Source of the DNA: Stramenopiles sp. TOSAG23-2
Lineage: Eukaryota
Length of the DNA: 46,026 nt
Assembly: GCA_900128395.1 (NCBI GenBank)
Contig: LT649284.1
Location: 1-46,026 of the forward strand
Direction of reading: 5' to 3'
Program-made: the position numbers and the translations under genes
Part shown: positions 1 to 13,113 of the stretch, piece after piece
How the letters are laid out: each line of letters begins with the position of its first letter
Position numbering within the stretch: position 1 is the stretch's first letter
The notes under the pieces: generated by a model
Told to the model about the DNA's origin: nothing
Database searches by the model: none
Seen by the model: the letters and a program-made list of their open reading frames with translations, nothing else

Positions 1-430
1 TACGACTGGCCGGCACAGTAAAAATTATATCGGGATTACCCTACTTGTAAGTCCTTGTGTACGTTGATCTGCCGTTAGGCCATTTAGTGTGCTTTTCAGT
101 GGGGATGTTTCAATCGATAGCAGGTATATACCATTATATAGCGATTAAATTAAATTAAATTAAACTAATATCGATAGATATGTCTAGATCGATCGATAGA
201 ACGTGCGAACCGCAGAAGAAAGGTAGAAAATATTTTAATTTAAATGAACAACAAGTGTGAATACGAAGTTACAAACGAAAATAATAAGTTTGACACGAAT
301 TGCAAGCAAAAAAAAGTTCGTGGAATAGTAATTTTTTGAAATTTTTTTTGTAAATTAAAAAAATCATAATTTAAGAATAATAATAATTTATTAAAAGCAA
401 TATTTTTATATCAAAAAAAGTAAATAAACG

Positions 431-1157
431 ATGAATATATCAGGATTAAGTATACAAGCAAATAGTGCACCAACACGACGATCAAGTAGTGGTAGTAATA
501 GTTCATCCTCCTCCTCATCTTCCAGAAGACGAAGAACAACAACTAATAGCAATAGTAATAGTAGGAATGCATCATCGAACCGAAGAAGAGGACCTAGTAA
601 CGATACTGCATATGAAGGTAAAATGAGCAGTAATGATAATAAAATGCCTAACGGAAATGCATCTGAACAACGTAAAAAAGGTGGTGTCGATGAATCCAAA
701 TATGTATTATCCGAAGGACATGAACATTTCACACACGATACCAATAAATTTGGTTATCGCAAAACGAAAGAATGGGAAAAAGAAAACCGCCCAAAAGCAT
801 GTGGTGTTAGCCGTGCTAAATATTGGAGTGAAGAAGTTGAAAATTTATTTCGTATACAAAGTGTTGGTTGGAGAGATTTATATGAATACATTGCAGTACA
901 TGGTGAACCGGAAATATGGTTAAGCAATGGTTTTATATCAAAAGTTTATGTAAGTAATACAGCATTATTTCTTTAATTATTATTATCGATGAATCAATAA
1001 CTAACAATATATATATATATATATATATTTGTAGGTAAAAGCAACTGGTTTTATTACATATTGGGGTGAAACACGTGAATGCCCAAATAATAAATTGCAC
1101 TTAGTGAAATTATTTAAATATCAAACTGCTGTTGAAGGAAAGGAATGTAAAAAATAA
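431..1157 (+). CDS. MEIG1: MEIG1-family (meiosis-expressed gene 1) protein with low-complexity N-terminal extension; exons 431-949 and 1035-1157
   Basis: PKACGVSRAKYWSEEVENLFRIQSVGWRD...EIW..NGFISK matches the MEIG1 core. Removing the GTAAGT..CTAAC..TAG intron (950-1034) continues the frame as VKATGFITYWGETRECPNNKLHLVKLFKY, matching the MEIG1 C-terminus. Confidence 0.85.
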
Positions 1158-1610
1158 ATATGTATATCATATGATATATACGTACACGTAGTTGTGTGTG
1201 GTGGATTGATACGTGTAGGATGGTTGTACAACTCTACAAAGGTGATTTTTTATGTAGATTGCAACAAGGTTTTGATGAATTGATCATTTGGTGGAGGTGT
1301 AGCACATCAACACATACACACACATACATGCAACATGAATTGAATGCTTTACAATAAGCTATATGGAAAACTAAAATGAAAAAAGACTCTTTTCAGTGTA
1401 AGAAAGGCAGAAGGCAAAGGAGGACACAAAAAGAAAAATATGTAAAAAACTCTTCCCCGGTGCAAGAGTGTTATGATAAAACAAAAAGAAAATATTAAGT
1501 GTAAACTAAGAATGAGATATATAATATACTGAAAAGTAAAACACCACACTCCACACTCCACACTCCACACTCCCTCCGTTCTCCATATCTCCATATTCCC
1601 CTTTCTATCA

Positions 1611-2717
1611 TCATAAATCTTTCAATGCTTCATTATAAACATCATAATATGCATCTTGTATGAAGAAATAAAAATAATATTTACGTTTACCATTTAAAAT
1701 ATCTTCCTTTCGAATTAATTTCAACGTCGTCTTGGATTCAATCAATTTTTGCCCTGCAATAGTAATATAGAAATAATAATACGTGTTAACAAATTGCGAG
1801 ACATTCTTTTTTGTAGAGGAAGGGCGTGGTATGGGGTGATAAATTTTACTTACGATCACTTGTATGACTTATTAAAATAAATGAAGTTTTTGTTATTTTT
1901 GTAATTGAATTGAGTAAATTAATTATATTTGTTGGTAATTTATCAATCGTATCATCATCATCAATACCAGTCAACATTGCATCTAATGTACCTTTATCAA
2001 TAGTCACATCGAATGTATCAACATCAAACAATTCCCTGATATTATTATTTACCTATATGTGTACACATGTATACAATATATATTTGTTAGTATGTTGTGT
2101 ATAATAATTTGTTAGAGGAGTTCATCCATATAATAATTATCTTGAAAATAACGTACATGTATATATTTAATTAATGGTTGAAATTTCATTTCCATATTTA
2201 CAATTCGTTGATTCATTAATTCTATAGCACTATTAGCAATATCAACACCTGTTACAGATCCATACCCATCGAATACTAATGATTCCACTAATAAGGATGC
2301 ACCACATCCTATGTCTAATATATTCAATGGATTATTGGTTGTTGATTTTGGTAAATATTTTTCAAATAATGGTTTTAAATGTTCTTTATAACTGACAAAC
2401 CATTCATTACGGTCGTTCGGTTCGATTAATCTTTCATATCGTTGTTCCCAATATTCTTTTGATGAGTAAAATGTAGATGTTTTATCTTCTTTTGTATTTT
2501 CCTTCTTCTTGTTGGTACTTTTACGGTTAAACCGTTTATTTTTTTTTCTACATATTTCACAATTTGCTGAATCATGTTCGACGGTTAGATGTATACACGT
2601 TCGACGTGTATGTGGGCCTAAACAATATTTACATTTTAATATAGGTGATGTAGACGTGATGATATTTTTTTCGGGCGAAGACGAAGCAGTGGTGATATGT
2701 ACAACAGCAGATGTCAT
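1611..2717 (-). CDS. Class I SAM-dependent methyltransferase, EEF1AKMT4/METTL13 N-domain-like; exons 2717-2157, 2052-1854, 1753-1611
   Basis: Motifs YSSKEYWEQRY, EWF, ILDIGCGAS, VTGVDIA and FDVTIDKGTLDA. Two GT-AG introns join the three ORF-track fragments in frame. Confidence 0.85.
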
Positions 2718-3230
2718 GTCTTTGTCTTAACGATGAGTATACCAACGATGATATATATATATATATATATATAACAAAGATATTAATTCTTTTTCATATG
2801 TACACTGCACTTTTCCCTATTTCTTCACACCTATATTATGTTATGTGTTATTATTGATTTTATCTTTTTGCTTGGCGACTCTACTACTCAAGTGCTCAAC
2901 AACAACAACAACAGCTAATAAAACTTAAAAATTAAACTACTAAAAAAAAAATGAATGACCAGCAGTGCACTACTATAACTATAGACTTTCTTAGTTAATA
3001 TACAGACTTTTCGTCTTAGTAGTAATAATAGTAAGATATATACATATATATATATATATATACGTCGTGTACAAATACTATAGCATAAGTGTGTATATAC
3101 AAGATACACGCCTACGATATTATAAACTCTAGTTCCGTATGAGAATAAAGTGTATATTGGTTTGATAAATATATTATTATTAGGTAAATTTAAAATATCT
3201 TAGTCCAAGTCACCATTTGACAAGAAAACA

Positions 3231-5185
3231 ATGGCAGCTTTATTAAACCAAGATAATGCCGATAATAACAAGAATGCCAGCATTAATGGATTTGAAGATG
3301 ACATGCTTATGCTTTTCATTAACCCAACGACCAACGAAGTACACGAAGAATATAGGAAACTAGTACAAAATTACAATGAATGCAAAGAAGAAAAAGATTA
3401 TGCATCGTGGGTTATTCAAGTGGAGAAACAAATTGAAGAAAATCCATTTCCACTTATTCCTCTATGTCAAACATTAAGAACTATTGCAACAAAATTTAAA
3501 TCAACAACGACAGAACATTTAGCGGACATAACATTTGAGAAAATGTTGAATAAAATACCAACAATTAAATATTATCTAAAGCATGTACTTGATTTTGATG
3601 ATCTTTTGCATAAACCAAACAACGTATTTCATAATTTTTATGATGGTGGAAGAGGTGCTGAATTAGGCACTATTAAATATATGGCAGAGAAAACAAGACG
3701 CAATGGACGTGAAGTTATTGTTATTGATCCTCCCGATAGAAAAAGACACGATGGGCTTAACAAACATTACAACAATATTATCAATAAACTACAAGGCAAA
3801 AAGTTTCGGACGGATCGTATTGAATGTGTTGCCAAGTATGTATGCACTGCAATGGGTGGAACTAACGTTAATACAAATGATGTTGATAATCATATTGAAA
3901 AATTACGCAGTTCAACAAATTTTAGTACATTAGTTGGTGAAGTTTTATTAGGTTCAATTGAACTCGGTGTATGTCGCCATCGTTCTATTTTATTTAAATG
4001 GTTGTGCGACCACCCTGAAATAAACATACCAACACGATTAATACGTGGAGATTTAAGTGATGGTGGTCATGCATGGAATATATGTTTAATTGATAAACAA
4101 TATTTTCTAGTTGATGTGATGAATTTTTCATATACATCAACAAATCAATATTCTACTTTATTAATTGCAAATAATAGTAATAACGCCGCTGCATATAAAC
4201 GTACAGGTGGAAGTTTAGGTTTAGAAAGTGTTCGTGGTGGGTTGAGAGGAATTAATAGTACAAAAGATTTAATGCCAATTAATTATCATAGAAAAAATGG
4301 GGATTATATTGGTGATGGCACATTTGGAAAGGTTTATAAAGTGCGCCCAAAAACTAATCAAAATAAATCATATGCATTAAAGGAAATCGAAATTGCTAAT
4401 GCAACGCAGCGTAATAATGCTCTATTAGAGGTTAAAATCTTACAATGTGTTAATCATCGAAACGTAGTAAATCTAAAAGCGTCCTTTGAAGATGAAACTA
4501 GGGATGGTGCAAACGCTTTATATGTCTTATTAGAATTAGCAGAAGATAGTTTACAAGGTAAATTAGACAAGCATTTTAATCTGAAAAAACTTATTGATAC
4601 AAAACAAGTTGCTAAATGGCTACATCATATTGCACTTGGAATGGCATTTTTACATGAAGAAAATCGCAAGTTAGGTAAAGTCCAACGTATTTTCCATCGT
4701 GATTTAAAACCCGGTAATATATTGATATGTGCAAATAATGTAGCTAAAATCACTGATTTTGGTGTTAGCAAGTTATTAGAAGAATCACAACAATCACAAT
4801 TAATGAGTACACAGGGCACTCCAGTGTTTTGGTCTCCAGAATTAAATAACAGAAATTTTACTAGAGGTCATAAAGTTGATAATTGGGCTTTTGGTGGCAC
4901 TATTGGATATTGTTTAACAAATGAATGGCCACATCGTAGTGTAGAAAAGATGTATTCAGACAACCATTTCAATATAGGTAATAAGTTTAAACATACAATT
5001 ACTAATCAAAAAATATATAACGGATTAGTAAATGTCTTTAAATCATGTGTTGGCAATACATCGTGTGGTACTAAAAAGAAATGTGAACAAAATGTGAAAG
5101 AACGCAAAGAATTTAAAGAAATTGAAATTCAATTAAGAACAATATTATTTGATAATATAAAACGAAAAAAAGTTAATAATAATAA

Positions 5186-5222
<37 letters not shown>

Positions 5223-5786
5223 GTTAAAAAAAAGAAAGTGCAGGTTGATAAAAAGATTGCGAAAGATTTGTATAAGAAATATAGAAAAGAATTTCCAAAA
5301 GGTACGCCAATAGTATGTGCATGTGAAAAAGGACGTTTGGAGGATGTGAAAGTATTGATTACAGGCTATAATGATGTGAATGGTAGTAATGGTAATAATA
5401 ATAATAATAATAATATGACATTGAAAGAATACGTGAGTCAACTTGGTAAAAGTAGTGATGGTCGGGAATATACACCTTTAATGAAAGCTGCAATGTACGA
5501 ACATTTCCAAATAGTTAAATATTTGATTGAACGAGGTGAAGCTGATCCTAATATTACAGGTAGTTATGGAAGGAATGCATTACATTATGCAGCAAATTAT
5601 AACAAAAAGGATACAAAGTTGATTGAGTTCTTATTAACTAATATGCCTCTTAATAGCATTAATAAGAAGACCATCTACGGGGACACTCCCCTGGACAAGG
5701 CATATTTATATAATGAAAGTCCAATTCAACAAAAGAAGATTGATCTTATACGTTCAAAAGGTGGAAAACGGAAGAGTGAATTATAA
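3231..5786 (+). CDS. EDR1/CTR1-type transglutaminase-like domain + Ser/Thr kinase + C-terminal ankyrin repeats (intronless)
   Basis: GVCRHRSILFKWLCD..IPTRLIRG..GHAWN..LVDVM (EDR1 domain); GDGTFGKV, ALKEI, HRDLKPGN, DFG, GTPVFWSPE (kinase); TPLMKAA, NALHYAA, GDTPLDKA (ankyrin). Confidence 0.9.
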
Positions 5787-6262
5787 AAAGAAATAAAAGA
5801 TTTGATTAAAAAACAAAAGTTAAATCGTTAAGTTTATACACAAAAGTATTTAAAATTGTTTTTTTTACAATTCCCACACATTTATTAATCGTTCTTGTTC
5901 ACAAACCTTTCTTGTTGATGTGTAGTAATAATTTTTTCTATTTTGTTTTCGTTGTTTTCGTTTGTCGTTATTATTTCAAATAATAATTCAAATAATAATA
6001 ATAGAACATACATCAGTGACACAAAGAACGAGATCAAAATTGAACAGACAAATATCATATTACCAATACAATCAAGCAGAAGTATTACCAATTATCTTCT
6101 CAACCATTATTTTGTCGGCCACACCGTTTCCAGTCTCTGGTGTACATTTAAGTATACATACGCGAAATAAAAAGTTTTAAAATGAAGAAATTATTCAATA
6201 ATATTTTAAATAAAAGAAACAATTCAAATAATCATGTAAATTGTCATAATATTAAAAAAAAT

Positions 6263-7355
6263 ATGTTATCACTCTTGTTGTTGCTTATAGCACTTACATT
6301 GACAACGTTTCTTCCACACGCAAATGCAAAGAAAGTATATACTACATGCCAAGAGTGCGTAAAGCAAAATCGATTAGGATGGTGCCCTATCCGTCGTAAA
6401 TGGTATGTAATTAACTCCAAAATTCCAAACAAAATAAATTCACCATGTATTCCATTATCATTCACACTAACAACAACAACCACCAACATACCCATCCACT
6501 CCACCCACACACACGCAAACCCAATCAACACCACAACCACACACAATCAACAGTGGCGGATTTGCAAATCAAAATTGTCGCAACGATCATACCGATACGA
6601 TGGTACCCGTAGTAAAAGAAGCACGTGATAATTTACTTGACATTTTATCAACATCAGAAAAGCATACTATAATCTTTGCATTTACAGAAATCTATGAAGG
6701 TGATATTAAACATAACAATCGTTTAGATGAATATTTAGAATTTTCATTGCAATTTCCATCGTATAAAGAATTATTATTTTTAAAAATCAATTGTACCATG
6801 TATCGATCCACTTGCAAGGATGTCTTTGTACAAGAAACAACAACAACAACAATTCATGGTATGTATTTATTTCCTGAACATGTTGTCCATTCCAATGAAT
6901 CATATACATTACAATTTGAATTTCAAAATACAATCAATGTCATCAATATATTAAAAACATTACGTGGTACATCGGAAACATTTAATAACTTAGCATCTGA
7001 TTTTACACGACAAAAATTCATGCGTTCCCATCAACAAAAACAACAACAACAACAGCAAAAAAGTGATGATAGTAAAGATGATGAACATATGATTTTAGAA
7101 GTTGCATTGAACATTATTGATAAAACAGAGGAATGCATTCAATATCAAACTACAATTGATTTATGTAATCGATATATCAAATGGATGAAATATTTTATAA
7201 CAAAAGATTCAAATGATTTAGGTTGTATAAGTGAAGCATTAAATGATGCAAATAAAAAATTAGGGGATGGGATGATTAATAGTAAACAAGATTATACAAT
7301 TGCAAGAGTTGAAATCGATATTTTAAATGCATTTGTTAAACCATTGTTTGGTTGA
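6263..7355 (+). CDS. Secretory-pathway protein: signal peptide, small Cys-rich (PSI-like) domain, thioredoxin-like region and ERp29-C-like helical domain; exons 6263-6402 and 6554-7355
   Basis: Hydrophobic leader MLSLLLLLIALTLTTFLPHANA. TCQECV..LGWCPIRRKCGG..C is completed by splicing the GTATGT..CAG intron (6403-6553). The C-terminal YIKWMK...EIDILNAF resembles the ERp29 C-domain. Confidence 0.6.
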
Positions 7356-7762
7356 TCGAAGGTGTTAACGTGTATGCCAATTCGTAATTCAATGTAAATC
7401 TTCTGGAGGATCATTCAATTGGTTTGTATATATATATAAGTGTGAAGGCAAATGCAAATTTTATATTCAGCAAAAATGGACTTCTCATCACTGATGAAAC
7501 AAAAATCGATCAAAACGATCTGAAGAGTTGACATTGATTGTAGTCAATGCATTTGGTTTGGTTGTGTGTGTGTGTAAAAATTATTTTTCAAATTTTTTGT
7601 CGGTCGTCGGTGTGTTTTGAAATTGTTTTTTCTATTGAAAATTTTATCACTTTTTCCCATTTGAATTCTCATTGAAATACTATCATATGAAATATATATA
7701 TTCATTCGTACAAACAGAATATCAAATAGAAATAACAAACAGAAACACAAACAAACACAACG

Positions 7763-9445
7763 ATGACAACGATGATGAACGATTACATACGTGATATGTT
7801 ATCAACATATTTCAATTTTAATACGACAAATATCAAAGACCATATTATTATATTTGTTATTACGATATTAATAATAAATGCAACTACATTTATATATGTT
7901 ATTAAAATATTATTAACGACAAGACCATTACCAATAACAAGTGAAAATGGGAAACGTATATTAAAACCATATGGATCAACATATGGTAAGAATTACTTTG
8001 CATATTTCATGGCATATATTGCTAAATTACGTGAACGTAAAAAAGCATATAAAATGTCATTGAAACAATTGGAAGCATTTCATAAACCAGATATACATAA
8101 ATATTGGAATGAAAGTTATTATTTTAACGGTAGTGAAAGTGGTACGAATAATCGTTTTATATCACGTATAAGTCGACATGGTTTAAATGCAAAGGAAATG
8201 TATATCGTATTAATACTAGATTTAAATGGTTATGGTATCTTATCATTGGAAGAAGATCATGTGCCAGTTGTAAGGAAGAAGAATAAGAATGACGACGACG
8301 ATGAAACCGACGAAGATAATACAAATACAAATTATATTTATGAAAATCCATCAGGATTGAATTTAACATATACCTGTATTGAACCAATGAAAAAATGGCG
8401 TATTGAATATAAAGGTATGTTAACACAAGGATATAAATCACCAGAGGAGAAGAAAAAAGAAGACAACAATACCAACAACAAACAATATGTTGAAATTGAT
8501 TTAACATATACAAATCAATCTGATACATTTTGGTATATGCGTGATGAAAATCAAATGACATTAGCTAAAAATTTAAGTGAAGAACCATGGGGGTATTCTT
8601 TTTTTAAATATTGTTTGGAACGTTCACATAATCATTGTCATATTGAAACATTTGGTAAGTATATATATATGTATGAAATTCACTTTAACATAAACTACCA
8701 AGTTATTTTTCTGTAAAGTAGTCATAAAAAATATATTTGTTGTCCCTATTTGACCTATATATGTACTAACAACAACAACATTTAAACATATATATATATA
8801 TATACAGGAACATTAAGTGGACATATTAAAATGGGTGATGGTCATGGACATAAATTTATAAAAGATTATACATTCAATACCTTTCGTGATCATAGTTGGG
8901 ATATACGTAATTGGGCTGCAATTGATTCAATGTATATATTATTAATATATTTCAATGAACCATTACGTATTAACAATGTAGAATATGATTATTTTGATTT
9001 AACATTAGTTGATATGCCAGGTAATATTAATGGTGTACAAAGTTTTACAACTGGTTATTTCAGTTCAAAACATGGTACGATTAAAAATTTACCAATATCA
9101 CATGCAACATCAATACGTGAATTACCAATACAAATGAGTAAAAAATATAAAAATGAATCTGGTCATCCAACACGTGAACCATCATGTACAAAAAACAATA
9201 TTATTGATATTCATATAAATGATCAAACCATGATACAAATGACTATACAATGTAAAGGTATTGATTTAAAACGACGTGGTATGTATTTTCCAGATAATGG
9301 TCGTTTTCATTTATTTGAAGATAATATTACAAAAATCATTATTGATGATTTTGCAAATGGATATGGCATAACTGGTTATGGAACAAGACAAATTGGTTAT
9401 CGTGCAACTGAAAATGTTGATTTATCAGGAGGTGGCGTTGGTTGA
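7763..9445 (+). CDS. Membrane-anchored uncharacterised beta-barrel protein (AttH/tocopherol-cyclase-like fold suspected); exons 7763-8654 and 8808-9445
   Basis: N-terminal TM helix; motifs WNESYYFNG, CIEPMKKWRIEYKG, HIETFG and RDHSWDIRNW. The GTAAGT..TACTAAC..CAG intron (8655-8807) joins the two ORFs in frame. Confidence 0.6.
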
Positions 9446-9687
9446 AAATGAAATTTGTTCGGTCTCTCTCTCATCATAGATTTTCACTATATATATATAT
9501 ATAAAACAATTTAAATCGGCACGTAATTCATGTCGTCCAAGGTGGTGATGATGTAGGTGTCATCACGTTGTCAGTTGTCACGCGTTGTCACGATTTAATT
9601 TCATATTAGACATCAGACATCAGACATCATTATAATCAGACATATCAGGTATTAGAGAGATGTTTTTATTAAGTACAACATATATAT

Positions 9688-10205
9688 GCATTTACCATAT
9701 ACACAACATCTAATATGTTAGTCTACTGAAAAACACGCCTACCAACTTCTCCTTTACATTCAGCATCAGCATCATTACAGGATCACAGCATTACATCAGC
9801 GCCCTGAAAAATCAGTCCAATGTGGAGACGTAGTCAAATCGAACAAATTTGACCTGTGACTCCTTGTACCAATATTTATATTGGATTTTATATCGGTAAA
9901 AAATAATATTATAATAGTCTTCAATTGATATAATATTACTGTTTATATTATTATTAAATTATGTAATATCATGTTAATATTAATACATGTATTATCGGAT
10001 ATTTGTACATAAAAATGTATTTCTTTGTACCTTGAAGAAAGATCCATTTTTTAGTTATCTTATCTCTATATCGATATTACAGGTAATAGTTCAATATCTT
10101 GTAATTTTTACAATAGGTTTTTTGCTTTTTGCGAAGAATATTGGTAGGCGTGTTTTTTATAGTCTAATGTATTTTATATATTGTGTATATGCTATATGGA
10201 ATGCA
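9688..10205. repeat. Degenerate ~60 bp inverted repeats enclosing ~400 bp (MITE-like)
   Basis: AAAAACACGCCTACCAA (9729-9745) is the exact reverse complement of 10141-10157, and imperfect complementarity extends outward about 40-45 bp. Confidence 0.5.
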
Positions 10206-10444
10206 AAATGAACTTTCAGATATACACTACTAAGTATTATACTTAAATACAGGATGTTATTTCTATTTCTGTACTTGTAAAATCGATGTCCCAAATTCCA
10301 AATTCTTCTTCTTCATCAAAATTCATCAAAATTCATCAAAAATAAGACTGGAAACAAGAGTTGATCAAGGTATAGGTTGATGCATGTAATATACAAAACA
10401 AAGAACAGAAATCAAAACAATTCAATTACGAGATATATCTATAC

Positions 10445-12894
10445 ATGCAATTGCAACGTTGTTTATTGAAAAATAAACATATTAATTATTTCTTCTTTCA
10501 ACAATTTCAAAAAAAAAATAAAAACTACGAACAATTATCAATATTCATTAATAATAAAACAAAACAACGTATTAAAAATAATAATATAGTAGCAATACGA
10601 AATTATTTAACAACTAATACATATAGAAACAACACATTAAAACCACGTATTATTACTACCACGAATATAGTCAATAATAATACGAAAGAATCAATTACAA
10701 AACTACATTACAATAATAATAATAATAATAAGAAGAAGAACGGATTATCCATTGTTCCGTCTTCTGTTATTTCTACTAATAGTAGTCGATCATTTCATAC
10801 AACAAAAAACAACAACATGTCGAATACATATCAAATACCAAATGGACGTGAACAATATCAAGCAACATATGAAAAATCAATGTCACCTGATTATTGGGCT
10901 GAATTAGCATCCAAAAATTTTCATTGGGAAACACCATTTGATAAAAATAATGTTTTATCATATAATTTTACAAAAAGTAAAGGTCCTATTTTTATTAAAT
11001 GGTTTGAAGATGGTGAAACCAATATATGTTATAATGCAGTAGACCGGTGGGCAAAACAATTTCCAGATAAAGCTGCATTTATTTATGAAGGTAATGATGG
11101 TGAATCACTTACATTATCATTCAAAGAATTGCAAGACAAAGTATGCCAAGTAGCAAATGTATTACGTGATACCTGTCATGTGAAAAAAGGTGATCGTGTA
11201 GCATTATATATGCCAATGTCATTGGAATTACCAATTACCATGTTAGCATGTGCACGTATAGGTGCAATACATAGTGTCGTCTTTGGTGGTTTTAGTGCAG
11301 AAGCATTAGCAAGTCGTATTATTGATTGTAAAGCAGATGTATTAATAACTGCAGATGCCGTCATGCGTGGTACGAAAGTTATCAATTTGAAATCAGTTGC
11401 CGATGAAGCAATGGATAAATGCAACGATGCTATTAAACATTGTGTAGTATTAAAACGTTTAGGTTCAAAAGCACCTGCAAATTGTCAAACAATGAAACAT
11501 GGTCGTGATATTAATTTTCATGATGCAATGAATCAAATGTCAACTACATGTCCAATTAGTTGGAACAATGCGGAAGATCCATTATTTATTTTATATACAA
11601 GTGGTAGTACGGGGAAACCAAAAGGTGTTTTACATACAACAGGTGGTTATATGGTATGGACACATACTACATTTGTAAATGTATTTAATTATGAAGGAAA
11701 TCCAAATGATGTATTTTGGTGCACTGCAGATTGTGGATGGATTACTGGACATAGTTATTTAACATATGGACCATTACTTGCTGGTTGTACTTCAATTGTA
11801 TTTGAAGGTGTACCAACACATCCAACACCAAGTCGATTTTGGGAAGTATGTGAAAAACATAAAGTATCTCAGTTTTATACAGCACCAACGGCGATTCGTT
11901 CATTAATGGCAAGTGGTGATGAACCAGTATTAAAACATGATTTATCCTCATTACGTATTTTAGGTACAGTGGGTGAACCAATTAATCCAGAAGCATGGAA
12001 TTGGTATGATCGTGTAGTGGGAAAAAGTAAATGTCCAATTGTCGATACATGGTGGCAAACGGAAACCGTACGTAAATTCTATTCTCCTAAACTTAAAAAA
12101 GATATTCTCTCTCTAACACGTCACTCATTCATCGTCACTCATTCATACGCTACGCTCCACAGGGTGGACACATGTTAACCCCAATTCCATATATGTGGGA
12201 ATTAGAACCAGGTAGTGCAACATTACCATTTTATGGTGTTGAACCTGCATTGATGGATCCAACTGCATCTACACCAACGGAAGTGGAAGAAGAAGGACAT
12301 TTAACCTTTAAACGTCCATGGCCTGGTATTATGCGAACGTTATGGGGTGATCAAGAACGTTTTGAAAAAGTTTATTTTTCAGAATTTGATGGATATTATA
12401 CAGCTGGTGATGGTGCTAAACGTGATTTAAATACTGGTTATTTAACCATTACAGGTCGTACCGATGATGTGATGGTAATAAGTGGCCATAATATTGGCAC
12501 GGCAGAAGTAGAAAGTGCATTTGTTGCGCATCCAAATGTTGCAGAAGCTGCTGTAGTTGGTATTCCACATCTAGTGAAAGGCAGTTCAATTTATGCATAT
12601 GTTACTTTAGTTGATAATATTCAAGGTGATAGTACAGTTATGGGTGAATTGAAAAAAGCTGTAAGTGATGAAATTGGTGCATTTGCACGTCCAGATACGA
12701 TACATTTCACAAGTGGCTTACCAAAAACACGTAGTGGTAAAATTATGAGACGTATTTTGCGTAAAATTGCTAACGAGGATTCATTTAAAGCGGTGTTAAA
12801 TGATAGAAGTGAATTAGGGGATACGAGTACGTTGGCAGAACCTGAAATTGTAGATGAATTGATTGTTGGGAGGAAAAATTTAGCGAGTTTGTAG
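10445..12894 (+). CDS. ACS: Acetyl-CoA synthetase (AMP-forming) with a probable mitochondrial presequence; exons 10445-12067 and 12163-12894
   Basis: LYTSGSTGKPKG, FWCTADCGWITGHSY, GTVGEPINPEAW, DTWWQTETGG (completed across the intron 12068-12162) and LPKTRSGKIMRRILRK. The N-terminus is basic, acid-poor and contains SRSFHT. Confidence 0.95.
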
Positions 12895-13113
12895 TAAAAG
12901 TATAAAAGATCATTTGAAAATTTCGAACAAGAAGTGTGGTTGTGGTGTGTGGTGTTACAAAACATGTAACATGTGTAGTGAAAAGTGCAAAAAATAATAT
13001 TTGCAATCCAAATTAATTTTAATAATCGTGTGTGTATATAGTAATTAGTAAAATTAAAAAATATACTATATATAGGAGTTTGTAGTTGGTAGTATATAAA
13101 TATATATTAATTA

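Noticed and set aside
1-130. Possible snRNA on the minus strand (ATACCTG start, AATTTTTA Sm-like site)
   Set aside because: No convincing match to U1, U2, U4, U5, U11 or U12 conserved motifs, and the region is cut by the window edge.
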